DNA of 64,000 nucleotides, taken from positions 37,944,001 to 38,008,000 of the forward strand of contig OZ024750.1 in assembly GCA_964016885.1 (NCBI GenBank). The letters run 5' to 3'. The DNA comes from Eledone cirrhosa. Its lineage: Eukaryota. The notes under the pieces are model-generated. The model ran no database searches. It was not told the origin of the DNA and saw only the letters and a list, made by a program, of their open reading frames with translations. Each line of letters starts with the position of its first letter. The first letter of the stretch is position 1. Both the position numbers and the translations under genes were made by a program. This document shows positions 28,621-44,200 of the stretch, in pieces.

Positions 28621-31600
28621 CACTGTATGTGATGTACCATGAAGCTATGGCTAACCTATACACTGTATGTGATGTACCATGCAGCTATGACTAACCTGTA
28701 CACTGTATGTGATGTACCATGAAGCTATAGCTAACCTGTACACTGTATGTGATGTACCATGAAGCTATGACTAACCTGTACACTGTATGTGATGTACCAT
28801 GAAGCTATGACTAACCTGTACACTGTATGTGATGTAACATGAAGCTATAGCTAACCTGTACACTGTATGTGATGTACCATGATGCTATGACTAACCTGTA
28901 CACTGTATGTGATGTACCATGAAGCTATAGCTAACCTATACACTGTATGTGATGTACCATGAAGCTATGACTAACCTGTACACTGTATGTGATGTACCAT
29001 GAAGCTATGGCTAACCTGTACACTGTATGTGATGTAACATGAAGCTATAGCTAACCTGTACACTGTATGTGATGTACCATGAAGCTATGACTAACCTGTA
29101 CACTGTATGTGATGTACCATGAAGCTATGACTAACATGTAAACTGTATGTGATGTACCATGAAGCTATGCCTAACATGTACACTGTATGCGATGTACCAT
29201 GAAGCTATGACTAACCTGTACACTGTATGTGATGTACCATGAAGCTATAGCTAACCTATACACTGTATGTGATGTACCATGAAACTATGACTAACCTGTA
29301 CTCTGTATGTGATGTACCATGAAGCTAAGGCTAACCTGTACACTGTATGTGATGTAACATGAAGCTATAGCTAACCTGTACACTGTATGTGATGTACCAT
29401 GAAGCTATGACTAACCTGTACACTGTATGTGATGTACCATGAAGGTATGGCTAACCTGTACACTGTATGTGATGTACCATGAAGCTATGGCTAACCTGTA
29501 CACTGTATGTGATGTACCATGAAGCTATGTCTAACCTGTACACTGTATATGATGTACCATGAAGCTATGACTAACCTTTACACTGTATATGATGTACCAT
29601 GCAGCTATGACTAACATGTACACTGTATGCGATGTACCATGAAGCTATGACTAACCTGTACACTGTATGTGATGTACCATGAAGCTATGACTAACCTGTA
29701 CACTGTATGTGATGTACTATGAAGCTAAGGCTAACCTGTACACTGTATGTGATGTAACATGAAGCTATAGCTAACCTGTACACTGTATGTGATGTACCAT
29801 GAAGCTATGACTTACTGTACACTGTATGTGATGTACCATGAAGCTATGACTAACCTGTACACTGTATGTGATGTACCATGAAGCTATGGCTAACCTGTAC
29901 ACCGTATGTGATGTACCATGAAGCTATGACTAACCTATACACTGTATGTGATGTACCATGAAGCTATGACTAACCTGTACACTGTATGTGATGTACCATG
30001 AAGCTATGGCTAACCTATACACTGTATGTGATGTACCATGCAGCTATGACTAACCTGTACACTGTATGTGATGTACCATGAAGCTATAGCTAACCTGTAC
30101 ACTATATGTGATGTACCATGAAGCTATGACTAACCTGTACACTGTATGTGATGTACCATGAAGCTATGACTAACCTGTACACTGTATGTGATGTACCATG
30201 AAGCTATAGCTAACCTGTACACTGTATGTGATGTACCATGATGCTATGACTAACCTGTACACTGTATATGATGTACCATGAAGCTATAGCTAACCTATAC
30301 ACTGTATGTGATGTACCATGAAACTATGACTAACCTGTACTCTGTATGTGATGTACCATGAAGCTAAGGCTAACCTGTACACTGTATGTGATGTAACATG
30401 AAGCTATAGCTAACCTGTACACCGTATGTGATGTACCATGAAGCTATGACTAACCTGTACACTGTATGTGATGTACCATGAAGCTATGGCTAACCTGTAC
30501 ACCGTATGTGATGTACCATGAAGCTATGACTAACCTATACACTGTATGTGATGTACCATGAAGCTATGACTAACCTGTACACTGTATGTGATGTACCATG
30601 AAGCTATGGCTAACCTATACACTGTATGTGATGTACCATGCAGCTATGACTAACCTGTACACTGTATGTGATGTACCATGAAGCTATAGCTAACCTGTAC
30701 ACTGTATGTGATGTACCATGAAGCTATGACTAACCTGTACACTGTATGTGATGTACCATGAAGCTATGACTAACCTGTACACTGTATGTGATGTAACATG
30801 AAGCTATAGCTAACCTGTACACTGTATGTGATGTACCATGATGCTATGACTAACCTGTACACTGTATGTGATGTACCATGAAGCTATAGCTAACCTATAC
30901 ACTGTATGTGAAGTACCATGAAGCTATGACTAACCTGTACACTGTATGTGATGTACCATGAAGCTATGGCTAACCTGTACACTGTATGTGATGTAACATG
31001 AAGCTATAGCTAACCTGTACACTGTATGTGATGTACCATGAAGCTATGACTAACCTGTACACTGTATGTGATGTTCCATGAAGGTATGGCTAACCTGTAC
31101 ACTGTATGTGATGTACCATGAAGCTATGGCTAACCTGTACACTGTATGTGATGTACCATGAAGCTATGTCTAACCTGTACACTGTATATGATGTACCATG
31201 AAGCTATGACTAACCTTTACACTGTATATGATGTACCATGCAGCTATGACTAACATGTACACTGTATGCGATGTACCATGAAGCTATGACTAACCTGTAC
31301 ACTGTATGTGATGTACCATGAAGCTATGACTAACCTGTACACTGTATGTGATGTACCATGAAGCTATGACTAACCTGTACACTGTATGTGATGTACCATG
31401 AATCTATGGCTAACCTGTACACTGTATGTGATGTACCATGAAGCTATGACTAACCTGTACACCGTATGTGATGTACCATGAAGCTATGACTAACCTATAC
31501 ACTGTATGTGATGTACCATGAAGCTATGACTAACCTGTACACTGTATGTGATGTACCATGAAGCTATGACTAACCTATACACTGTATGTGATGTACCATG

Positions 31601-34600
31601 CAGCTATGACTAACCTGTACACTGTATGTCATGTACCATGAAGCTATAGCTAACCTGTACACTGTATGTGATGTACGATGAAGCTATGACTAACCTGTAC
31701 ACTGTATGTGATGTACCATGAAGCTATGACTAACCTGTACACTGTATGTGATGTACTATGAAGCTATAGCTAACCTATACACTGTATGTGATGTGCCATT
31801 AAACTATGACTAACCTGTACACTGTATGTGATGTACCATGAAGCTAAGGCTAACCTGTACACTGTATGTGATGTAACATGAAGCTATAGCTAACCTGTAC
31901 ACTGTATGTGATGTACCATGAAGCTATGACTTACTGTACACTGTATGTGATGTACCATGAAGCTATGACTAACCTGTACACTGTATGTGATGTACCATGA
32001 AGCTATGGCTAACCTGTACACCGTATGTGATGTACCATGAAGCTATGACTAACCTATACACTGTATGTGATGTACCATGAAGCTATGACTAACCTGTACA
32101 CTGTATGTGATGTACCATGAAGCTATGGCTAACCTATACACTGTATGTGATGTACCATGCAGCTATGACTAACCTGTACACTGTATGTGATGTACCATGA
32201 AGCTATAGCTAACCTGTACACTGTATGTGATGTACCATGAAGCTATGACTAACCTGTACACTGTATGTGATGTACCATGAAGCTATGACTAACCTGTACA
32301 CTGTATGTGATGTAACATGAAGCTATAGCTAACCTGTACACTGTATGTGATGTACCATGATGCTATGACTAACCTGTACACTGTATATGATGTACCATGA
32401 AGCTATAGCTAACCTATACACTGTATGTGATGTACCATGAAACTATGACTAACCTGTACTCTGTATGTGATGTACCATGAAGCTAAGGCTACCCTGTACA
32501 CTGTATGTGATGTAACATGAAGCTATAGCTAACCTGTACACTGTATGTGATGTACCATGAAGCTATGACTAACCTGTACACTGTATGTGATGTACCATGA
32601 AGGTATGGCTAACCTGTACACTGTATGTGATGTACCATGAAGCTATGGCTAACCTGTACACTGTATGTGATGTACCATGAAGCTATGTCTATCCTGTACA
32701 CTGTATATGATGTACCATGAAGCTATGACTAACCTTTACACTGTATATGATGTACCATGCAGCTATGACTAACATGTACACTGTATGCGATGTACCATGA
32801 AGCTATGACTAACCTGTACACTGTATGTGATGTACCATGAAGCTATGACTAACCTGTACACTGTATGTGATGTACCATGAAGCTATGACTAACCTGTACA
32901 CTGTATGTGATGTACCATGAATCTATGGCTAACCTGTACACTGTATGTGATGTACCATGAAGCTATGACTAACCTGTACACCGTATGTGATGTACCATGA
33001 AGCTATGACTAACCTATACACTGTATGTGATGTACCATGAAGCTATGACTAACCTGTACACTGTATGTGATGTACCATGAAGCTATGACTAACCTATACA
33101 CTGTATGTGATGTACCATGCAGCTATGACTAACCTGTACACTGTATGTCATGTACCATGAAGCTATAGCTAACCTGTACACTGTATGTGATGTACGATGA
33201 AGCTATGACTAACCTGTACACTGTATGTGATGTACCATGAAGCTATGACTAACCTGTACACTGTATGTGATGTACTATGAAACTATAGCTAACCTATACA
33301 CTGTATGTGATGTACCATGAAACTATGACTAACCTGTACACTGTATGTGATGTACCATGAAGCTAAGGCTAACCTGTACACTGTATGTGATGTAACATGG
33401 AGCTATAGCTAACCTGTACACTGTATGTGATGTAACATGAAGCTATAGCTAACCTGTACACTGTATGTGATGTACCATGATGCTATGACTAACCTGTACA
33501 CTGTATGTGATGTACCATGAAGCTATAGCTAACCTATACACTGTATGTGATGTACCATGAAGCTATGACTAACCTGTACACTGTATGTGATGTACCATGA
33601 AGCTATGGCTAACCTGTACACTGTATGTGATGTAACATGAAGCTATAGCTAACCTGTACACTGTATGTGATGTACCATGAAGCTATGACTAACCTGTACA
33701 CTGTATGTGATGTACCATGAAGCTATGACTAACCTGTAAACTGTATGTGATGTACCATGAAGCTATGACTAACATGTACACTGTATGCGATGTACCATGA
33801 AGTTATGACTAACCTGTACACTGTATGTGATGTACCATGAAGCTATAGCTAACCTATACACTGTATGTGATGTACCATGAAACTATGACTAACCTGTACT
33901 CTGTATGTGATGTACCATGAAGCTAAGGCTAACCTGTACACTGTATGTGATGTAACATGAAGCTATAGCTAACCTGTACACTGTATGTGATGTACCATGA
34001 AGCTATGACTAACCTGTACACTGTATGTGATGTACCATGAAGGTATGGCTAACCTGTACACTGTATGTGATGTACCATGAAGCTATGGCTAAACTGTACA
34101 CTGTATGTGATGTACCATGAAGCTATGTCTAACCTGTACACTGTATATGATGTACCATGAAGCTATGACTAACCTTTACACTGTATATGATGTACCATGC
34201 AGCTATGACTAACATGTACACTGTATGCGATGTACCATGAAGCTATGACTAACCTGTACACTGTATGTGATGTACCATGAAGCTATGACTAACCTGTACA
34301 CTGTATGTGATGTACCATGAAGCTATGACTAACCTGTACACTGTATGTGATGTACCATGAATCTATGGCTAACCTGTACACTGTATGTGATGTACCATGA
34401 AGCTATGACTAACCTGTACACCGTATGTGATGTACCATGAAGCTATGACTAACCTATACACTGTATGTGATGTACCATGAAGCTATGACTAACCTGTACA
34501 CTGTATGTGATGTACCATGAAGCTATGACTAACCTATACACTGTATGTGATGTACCATGCAGCTATGACTAACCTGTACACTGTATGTCATGTACCATGA

Positions 34601-37600
34601 AGCTATAGCTAACCTGTACACTGTATGTGATGTACGATGAAGCTATGACTAACCTGTACACTGTATGTGATGTACCATGAAGCTATGACTAACCTGTACA
34701 CTGTATGTGATGTACTATGAAGCTATAGCTAACCTATACACTGTATGTGATGTACCATGAAACTATGACTAACCTGTACACTGTATGTGATGTACCATGA
34801 AGCTAAGGCTAACCTGTACACTGTATGTGATGTAACATGAAGCTATAGCTAACCTGTACACTGTATGTGATGAACCATGAAGCTATGACTTACTGTACAC
34901 TGTATGTGATGTACCATGAAACTATGACTAACCTGTACACTGTAGGTGATGTACCATGAAGCTATGGCTAACCTGTACACCGTATGTGATGTACCATGAA
35001 GCTATGACTAACCTATACACTGTATGTGATGTACCATGCAGCTATGACTAACCTGTACACTGTATGTGATGTACCATGAAGCTATGGCTAACCTGTACAC
35101 CGTATGTGATGTACCATGAAGCTATGACTAACCTATACACTGTATGTGATGTACCATGCAGCTATGACTAACCTGTACACTGTATGTGATGTACCATGAA
35201 GCTATAGCTAACCTGTACACTGTATGTGATGTACCATGAAGCTATGACTAACCTGTACACTGTATGTGATGTACCATGAAGCTATGACTAACCTGTACAC
35301 TGTATGTGATGTAACATGAAGCTATAGCTAACCTGTACACTGTATGTGATGTACCATGATGCTATGACTAACCTGTACACTGTATATGATGTACCATGAA
35401 GCTATAGCTAACCTATACACTGTATGTGATGTACCATGAAACTATGACTAACCTGTACTCTGTATGTGATGTACCATGAAGCTAAGGCTAACCTGTACAC
35501 TGTATGTGATGTAACATGAAGCTATAGCTAACCTGTACACTGTATGTGATGTACCATGAAGCTATGACTAACCTGTACACTGTATGTGATGTACCATGAA
35601 GCTATGACTAACCTATACACTGTATGTGATGTACCATGCAGCTATGACTAACCTGTACACTGTATGTCATGTACCATGAAGCTATAGCTAACCTGTACAC
35701 TGTATGTGATGTACGATGAAGCTATGACTAACCTGTACACTGTATGTGATGTACCATGAAGCTATGACTAACCTGTACACTGTATGTGATGTACTATGAA
35801 GCTATAGCTAACCTATACACTGTATGTGATGTACCATGAAACTATGACTAACCTGTACACTGTATGTGATGTACCATGAAGCTAAGGCTAACCTGTACAC
35901 TGTATGTGATGTACCATGAAGCTATGACTTACTGTACACTGTATGGGATGTACCATGAAGCTATGACTAACCTGTACACTGTATGTGATGTACCATGAAG
36001 CTATGGCTAACCTGTACACCGTATGTGATGTACCATGAAGCTATGACTAACCTATACACTGTATGTGATGTACCATGAAGCTATGACTAACCTGTACATT
36101 GTATGTGATGTACCATGAAGCTATGGCTAACCTATACACTGTATGTGATGTACCATGCAGCTATGACTAACCTGTACACTGTATGTGATGTACCATGAAG
36201 CTATAGCTAACCTGTACACTGTATGTGATGTACCATGAAGCTATGACTAACCTGTACACTGTATGTGATGTACCATGAAGCTATGACTAACCTGTACACT
36301 GTATGTGATGTAACATGAAGCTATAGCTAACCTGTACACTGTATGTGATGTACCATGATGCTATGACTAACCTGTACACTGTATATGATGTACCATGAAT
36401 CTATAGCTAACCTATACACTGTATGTGATGTACCATGAAACTATGACTAACCTGTACTCTGTATGTGATGTACCATGAAGCTAAGGCTAACCTGTACACT
36501 GTATGTGATGTAACATGAAGCTATAGCTAACCTGTACACTGTATGTGATGTACCATGAAGCTATGACTAACCTGTACACTGTATGTGATGTACCATGAAG
36601 GTATGGCTAACCTGTACACTGTATGTGATGTACCATGAAGCTATGGCTAACCTGTACACTGTATGTGATGTACCATGAAGCTATGTCTAACCTGTACACT
36701 GTATATGATGTACCATGAAGCTATGACTAACCTTTACACTGTATATGATGTACCATGCAGCTATGACTAACATGTACACTGTATGCGATGTACCATGAAG
36801 CTATGACTAACCTGTACACTGTATGTGATGTAACATGAAGCTATAGCTAACCTGTACACTGTATGTGATGTACCATGATGCTATGACTAACCTGTACACT
36901 GTATATGATGTACCATGAATCTATAGCTAACCTATACACTGTATGTGATGTACCATGAAACTATGACTAACCTGTACTCTGTATGTGATGTACCATGAAG
37001 CTAAGGCTAACCTGTACACTGTATGTGATGTAACATGAAGCTATAGCTAACCTGTACACTGTATGTGATGTACCATGAAGCTATGACTAACCTGTACACT
37101 GTATGTGATGTACCATGAAGGTATGGCTAACCTGTACACTGTATGTGATGTACCATGAAGCTATGGCTAACCTGTACACTGTATGTGATGTACCATGAAG
37201 CTATGTCTAACCTGTACACTGTATATGATGTACCATGAAGCTATGACTAACCTTTACACTGTATATGATGTACCATGCAGCTATGACTAACATGTACACT
37301 GTATGCGATGTACCATGAAGCTATGACTAACCTGTACACTGTATGTGATGTACCATGAAGCTATGACTAACCTGTACACTGTATGTGATGTACCATGAAT
37401 CTATGGCTAACCTGTACACTGTATGTGATGTACCATGAAGCTATGACTAACCTGTACACCGTATGTGATGTACCATGAAGCTATGACTAACCTATACACT
37501 GTATGTGATGTACCATGAAGCTATGACTAACCTGTACACTGTATGTGATGTACCATGAAGCTATGACTAACCTATACACTGTATGTGATGTACCATGCAG

Positions 37601-40600
37601 CTATGACTAACCTGTACACTGTATGTCATGTACCATGAAGCTATTGCTAACCTGTACACTGTATGTGATGTACGATGAAGCTATGACTAACCTGTACACT
37701 GTATGTGATGTACCATGAAGCTATGACTAACCTGTACACTGTATGTGATGTACTATGAAGCTATAGCTAACCTATACACTGTATGTGATGTACCATGAAA
37801 CTATGACTAACCTGTACACTGTATGTGATGTACCATGAAGCTAAGGCTAACCTGTACACTGTATGTGATGTAACATGAAGCTATAGCTAACCTGTACACT
37901 GTATGTGATGTACCATGAAGGTATGACTTACTGTACACTGTATGTGATGTACCATGAAACTATGACTAACCTGTACACTGTAGGTGATGTACCATGAAGC
38001 TATGGCTAACCTGTACACCGTATGTGATGTACCATGAAGCTATGACTAACCTATACACTGTATGTGATGTACCATGCAGCTATGACTAACCTGTACACTG
38101 TATGTGATGTACCATGAAGCTATGGCTAACATGTACACCGTATGTGATGTACCATGAAGCTATGACTAACCTATACACTGTATGTGATGTACCATGCAGC
38201 TATGACTAACCTGTACACTGTATGTGATGTACCATGAAGCTATAGCTAACCTGTACACTGTATGTGATGTACCATGAAGCTATGACTAACCTGTACACTG
38301 TATGTGATGTACCATGAAGCTATGACTAACCTGTACACTGTATGTGATGTAACATGAAGCTATAGCTAACCTGTACACTGTATGTGATGTACCATGATGC
38401 TATGACTAACCTGTACACTGTATATGATGTACCATGAAGCTATAGCTAACCTATACACTGTATGTGATGTACCATGAAACTATGACTAACCTGTACTCTG
38501 TATGTGATGTACCATGAAGCTAAGGCTAACCTGTACACTGTATGTGATGTAACATGAAGCTATAGCTAACCTGTACACTGTATGTGATGTACCATGAAGC
38601 TATGACTAACCTGTACACTGTATGTGATGTACCATGAAGCTATGACTAACCTATACACTGTATGTGATGTACCATGCAGCTATGACTAACCTGTACACTG
38701 TATGTCATGTACCATGAAGCTATAGCTAACCTGTACACTGTATGTGATGTACGATGAAGCTATGACTAACCTGTACACTGTATGTGATGTACCATGAAGC
38801 TATGACTAACCTGTACACTGTATGTGATGTACTATGAAGCTATAGCTAACCTATACACTGTATGTGATGTACCATGAAACTATGACTAACCTGTACACTG
38901 TATGTGATGTACCATGAAGCTAAGGCTAACCTGTACACTGTATGTGATGTACCATGAAGCTATGACTTACTGTACACTGTATGGGATGTACCATGAAGCT
39001 ATGACTAACCTGTACACTGTATGTGATGTACCATGAAGCTATGGCTAACCTGTACACCGTATGTGATGTACCATGAAGCTATGACTAACCTATACACTGT
39101 ATGTGATGTACCATGAAGCTATGACTAACCTGTACATTGTATGTGATGTACCATGAAGCTATGGCTAACCTATACACTGTATGTGATGTACCATGCAGCT
39201 ATGACTAACCTGTACACTGTATGTGATGTACCATGAAGCTATAGCTAACCTGTACACTGTATGTGATGTACCATGAAGCTATGACTAACCTGTACACTGT
39301 ATGTGATGTACCATGAAGCTATGACTAACCTGTACACTGTATGTGATGTAACATGAAGCTATAGCTAACCTGTACACTGTATGTGATGTACCATGATGCT
39401 ATGACTAACCTGTACACTGTATATGATGTACCATGAATCTATAGCTAACCTATACACTGTATGTGATGTACCATGAAACTATGACTAACCTGTACTCTGT
39501 ATGTGATGTACCATGAAGCTAAGGCTAACCTGTACACTGTATGTGATGTAACATGAAGCTATAGCTAACCTGTACACTGTATGTGATGTACCATGAAGCT
39601 ATGACTAACCTGTACACTGTATGTGATGTACCATGAAGGTATGGCTAACCTGTACACTGTATGTGATGTACCATGAAGCTATGGCTAACCTGTACACTGT
39701 ATGTGATGTACCATGAAGCTATGTCTAACCTGTACACTGTATGTGATGTACCATGAAGCTATGACTAACCTTTACACTGTATATGATGTACCATGCAGCT
39801 ATGACTAACATGTACACTGTATGCGATGTACCATGAAGCTATGACTAACCTGTACACTGTATGTGATGTACCATGAAGCTATGACTAACCTGTACACTGT
39901 ATGTGATGTACCATGAAGCTATGACTAACCTGTACACTGTATGTGATGTACCATGAATCTATGGCTAACCTGTACACTGTATGTGATGTACCATGAAGCT
40001 ATGACTAACCTGTACACCGTATGTGATGTACCATGAAGCTATGACTAACCTATACACTGTATGTGATGTACCATGAAGCTATGACTAACCTGTACACTGT
40101 ATGTGATGTACCATGAAGCTATGACTAACCTATACACTGTATGTGATGTACCATGCAGCTATGTCTAACCTGTACACTGTATGTCATGTACCATGAAGCT
40201 ATAGCTAACCTGTACACTGTATGTGATGTACGATGAAGCTATGACTAACCTGTACACTGTATGTGATGTACCATGAAGCTATGACTAACCTGTACACTGT
40301 ATGTGATGTACTATGAAGCTATAGCTAACCTATACACTGTATGTGATGTACCATGAAACTATGACTAACCTGTACACTGTATGTGATGTACCATGAAGCT
40401 AAGGCTAACCTGTACACTGTATGTGATGTAACATGAAGCTATAGCTAACCTGTACACTGTATGTGATGTACCATGAAGCTATGACTTACTGTACACTGTA
40501 TGTGATGTACCATGAAGCTATGACTAACCTGTACACTGTATGTGATGTACCATGAAGCTATGGCTAACCTGTACACCGTATGTGATGTACCATGAAGCTA

Positions 40601-41000
40601 TGACTAACCTATACACTGTATGTGATGTACCATGAAGCTATGACTAACCTGTACACTGTATGTGATGTACCATGAAGCTATGGCTAACCTATACACTGTA
40701 TGTGATGTACCATGCAGCTATGACTAACCTCTACCCTGTATGTGATGTACCATGAAGCTATAGCTAACCTGTACACTGTATGTGATGTACCATGAAGCTA
40801 TGACTAACCTGTACACTGTATGTGATGTACCATGAAGCTATGACTAACCTGTACACTGTATGTGATGTAACATGAAGCTATAGCTAACCTGTACACTGTA
40901 TGTGATGTACCATGATGCTATGGCTAACCTGTACACTGTATGTGATGTAACATGAAGCTATAGCTAACCTGTACACTGTATGTGATGTACCATGAAGCTA
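27400..41000. repeat. Satellite domain B: irregular 1-2 kb HOR-like blocks with their own variant set
   Basis: Variants GAAGGTAT, TGTCATG, GTACGATG and the 39-bp GACTTACTG monomer (29809, 31928, 34887, 35926, 37925, 38964, 40483) are confined to this interval and its paralog at ~19,600-20,800. Confidence 0.85.
34290..39850. repeat. Block duplication at offset 3,038 bp (76 monomers) enclosing a 520-bp (13-monomer) tandem duplication at ~36,270-37,310
   Basis: Offset 3,038: GACTTACT 34887/37925 and 35926/38964, TGTAGG 34941/37979, GTATGGGA 35941/38979, GAATCTATAG 36397/39435. Offset 520: GAATCTATAG 36397/36917 and GAAGGT 36597/37117. Confidence 0.9.
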
Positions 41001-41299
41001 TGACTAACCTGTACACTGTATGTGATGTACCATGAAGTTATGACTAACCTGTAAACTGTATGTGATGTACCATGAAGCTATGACTAACATGTACACTGTA
41101 TGCGATGTACCATGAAGCTATGACTAACCTGTACACTGTATGTGATGTACCATGAAGCTATGACTAACCTGTACACTGTATGTGATGTACCATGAAGCTA
41201 TGGCTAACCTGTACACTGTATGTGATGTACCATGAAGCTATAGGTAACCTGTACACTGTATGTGATGTACCATGAAGCTATGACTAACCTGTACACTGT

Positions 41300-44200
41300 A
41301 TGTGATTTACCATGAAGCTATGACTAACCTGTACACTGTATGTGATGTACCATGAAGCTATGACTAACCTGTACACTCTATGTGATGTACCATGAAGCTA
41401 TGACTAACCTATACACAGTATGTGATGTACCATGAAGCTATGACTAAACTTTACGCTGTATGTGATGTACCAAAGCTATGGCTAACCTGTACACTGTATG
41501 TGATGTACCATGAAGCTATGGCTAACCTGTACACTGTATGTGATGTACTATGAAGTTATAGCTAATCTGTACACTGTATGTGATGTAACATGAAGCTATA
41601 GCTAACCTGTACACTGTATGTGATGTACCATGAAGCTATGACTAACCTGTACACTGTATGTGATGTACCATGAAGCTATAGCTAACCTATACACTGTATG
41701 TGATGTACCATGAAGCTATGACTAACCTGTACACTGTATCTGATGTACCATGAAGCTATAACTAACCTATACACTGTATGGGATGTACCATGAAGCTATG
41801 ACTAACCTGTACACTGTATGTGATGTACCATGAAGCTATGACTAACATGTACACTGTATGTGATGTACCATGAAGCTATGTCTAACCTGTACACTGTATG
41901 TGATGCACCATGAAGCTATGCTAAATGGTACACTGTATGTGATGTACCATGAAGCTATGGCTAACCTGTACAATGTATGTGATGTAACATGAAGCTATGA
42001 CTAACCTATACACTGTATGTGATGTCCCATGAAGCTATGACTAACCTGTACACTGTATGTGATGTACCATGAAGCTATGGCTAACCTGTACACTGTATGT
42101 GATGTACCATGAAGCTATGACTAACCTGTACACTGTATGTGATGTACCATGAAGCTATGGCTAACCTGTACACTGTATGTGATGTACCATGAAGCTATGG
42201 CTAACCTGTACACTGTATGTGATGTACCATGAAGCTATGGCTAACCTGTACACTGTATGTGATGTACCATGAAGCTATAGGTAAACTGTACACTGTATGT
42301 GATGTACCATGAAGCTATGACTAACCTGTACACTGTATGTGATGTACCATGAAGCTATGGGTAACCTGTACACCGTATGTGATGTAACATGAAGCTATAG
42401 CTAACCTGTACACTGTATGTGATGTACCATGAAGCTATGACTAACCTGTACACTGTATGTGATGTACCATGAAGCTATGACTAACCTGTACACTGTATGT
42501 GATGTACCATGAAGCTATGGCTAACCTGTACACTGTATGTGATGTACCATGAAGCTATGGCTAACCTGTACATGGTATGTGATGTACCATGAAGCTATGG
42601 CTAACCTGTACACTGTATGTGATGTACCATGAAGCTATGGCTAACCTGTACACTGTATGTGATGTACCATGAAGCTATGACTAACCTGTACACTGTATAT
42701 GATGTACCATGAAGCTATGACTAACATGTACACTGTATGCGATGTACCATGAAGCTATGACTAACCTGTACACTGTATGTGATGTACCATGAAGCTATGA
42801 CTAACCTGTACACTGTATGTGATGTACCATGAAGCTATAGGTAACCTCTACACTGTATGTGATGTACCATGAAGCTATGACTAACCTGTACACTGTATGT
42901 GATTTACCATGAAGCTATGACTAACCTGTACACTGTATGTGATGTACAATGAAGCTATGACTAACCTGTACACTGTATGTGATGTACCATGAAGCTATGA
43001 GTAACCTATACATTGTATGTGATGTACCATGAAGCTATGACTAACCTTTACACTGTATGTGATGTACCATGAATTCTATGACTAACCTGTACACTGTATG
43101 TGATGTACCATGAAGCTAGGACTAACCTATACACTGTATGTGATGTACCATGAAGCTATGACTAACCTTTACACTGTATGTGATGTACCATGAAGCTATG
43201 GCTAACCTGTACACTGTATGTGATGTACCATGAAGCTATGGCTAACCTTTACACTGTATGTGATGTACCATGAAGTTATAGCTAATCTGTACACTGTATG
43301 TGATGTAACATGAAGCTATAGCTAACCTGTACACTGTATGTGATGTACCATGAAGCTATGACTAACCTGTACACTGTATGTGATGTACCATGAAGCTATG
43401 ACTAACCTGTACACTGTATGTGATGTACCATGAAGCTATGACTAACCTGTACACTGTATGTGATGTACCATGAAGCTATGACTAACCTATACACTGTATG
43501 TGATGTACCATGTAGCTATGACTAACCTTTACACTGTATGTGATGTACCATGAAGCTATGGCTAACCTGTACACTGTATGTGATGTACCATGAACCTATG
43601 GCTAACCTGTACACTGTATGTGATGTACCATGAATTTATGACTAACATGTACACTGTATGTGATGTACCACGAAGCTATGACTAACCTGTACACTGTATG
43701 TGATGTACCATGAATCTATGGCTAACCTGTACACTGTATGTGATGTACCATGAAGCTATGACTAACCTATACACTGTATGTGATGTACCATGAAGCTATG
43801 ACTAACCTGTACACCGTATGTGATGTACCATGAAGCTATGACTAACCTATACACTGTATGTGATGTACCATGAAGCTATGACTAACCTGTACACTGTATG
43901 TGATGTACCATGAAGCTATGACTAACCTATACACTGTATGTGATGTACCATGCAGCTATGACTAACTTGTACACTGTATGTGATGTACCATGAAGCTATA
44001 GCTAACCTGTACACTGTATGTGATGTACCATGAAGCTATGACTAACCTGTACACTGTATGTGATGTACCATGAAGCTATAAATAACCTGTACACTGTATG
44101 TGATGTACCATGAAGCTATGACTAACATGTACACTGTATGTGATGTACCATGAAGCTATGGCTAACCTGTACACTGTATGTGATGTAACATGAAGCTATA

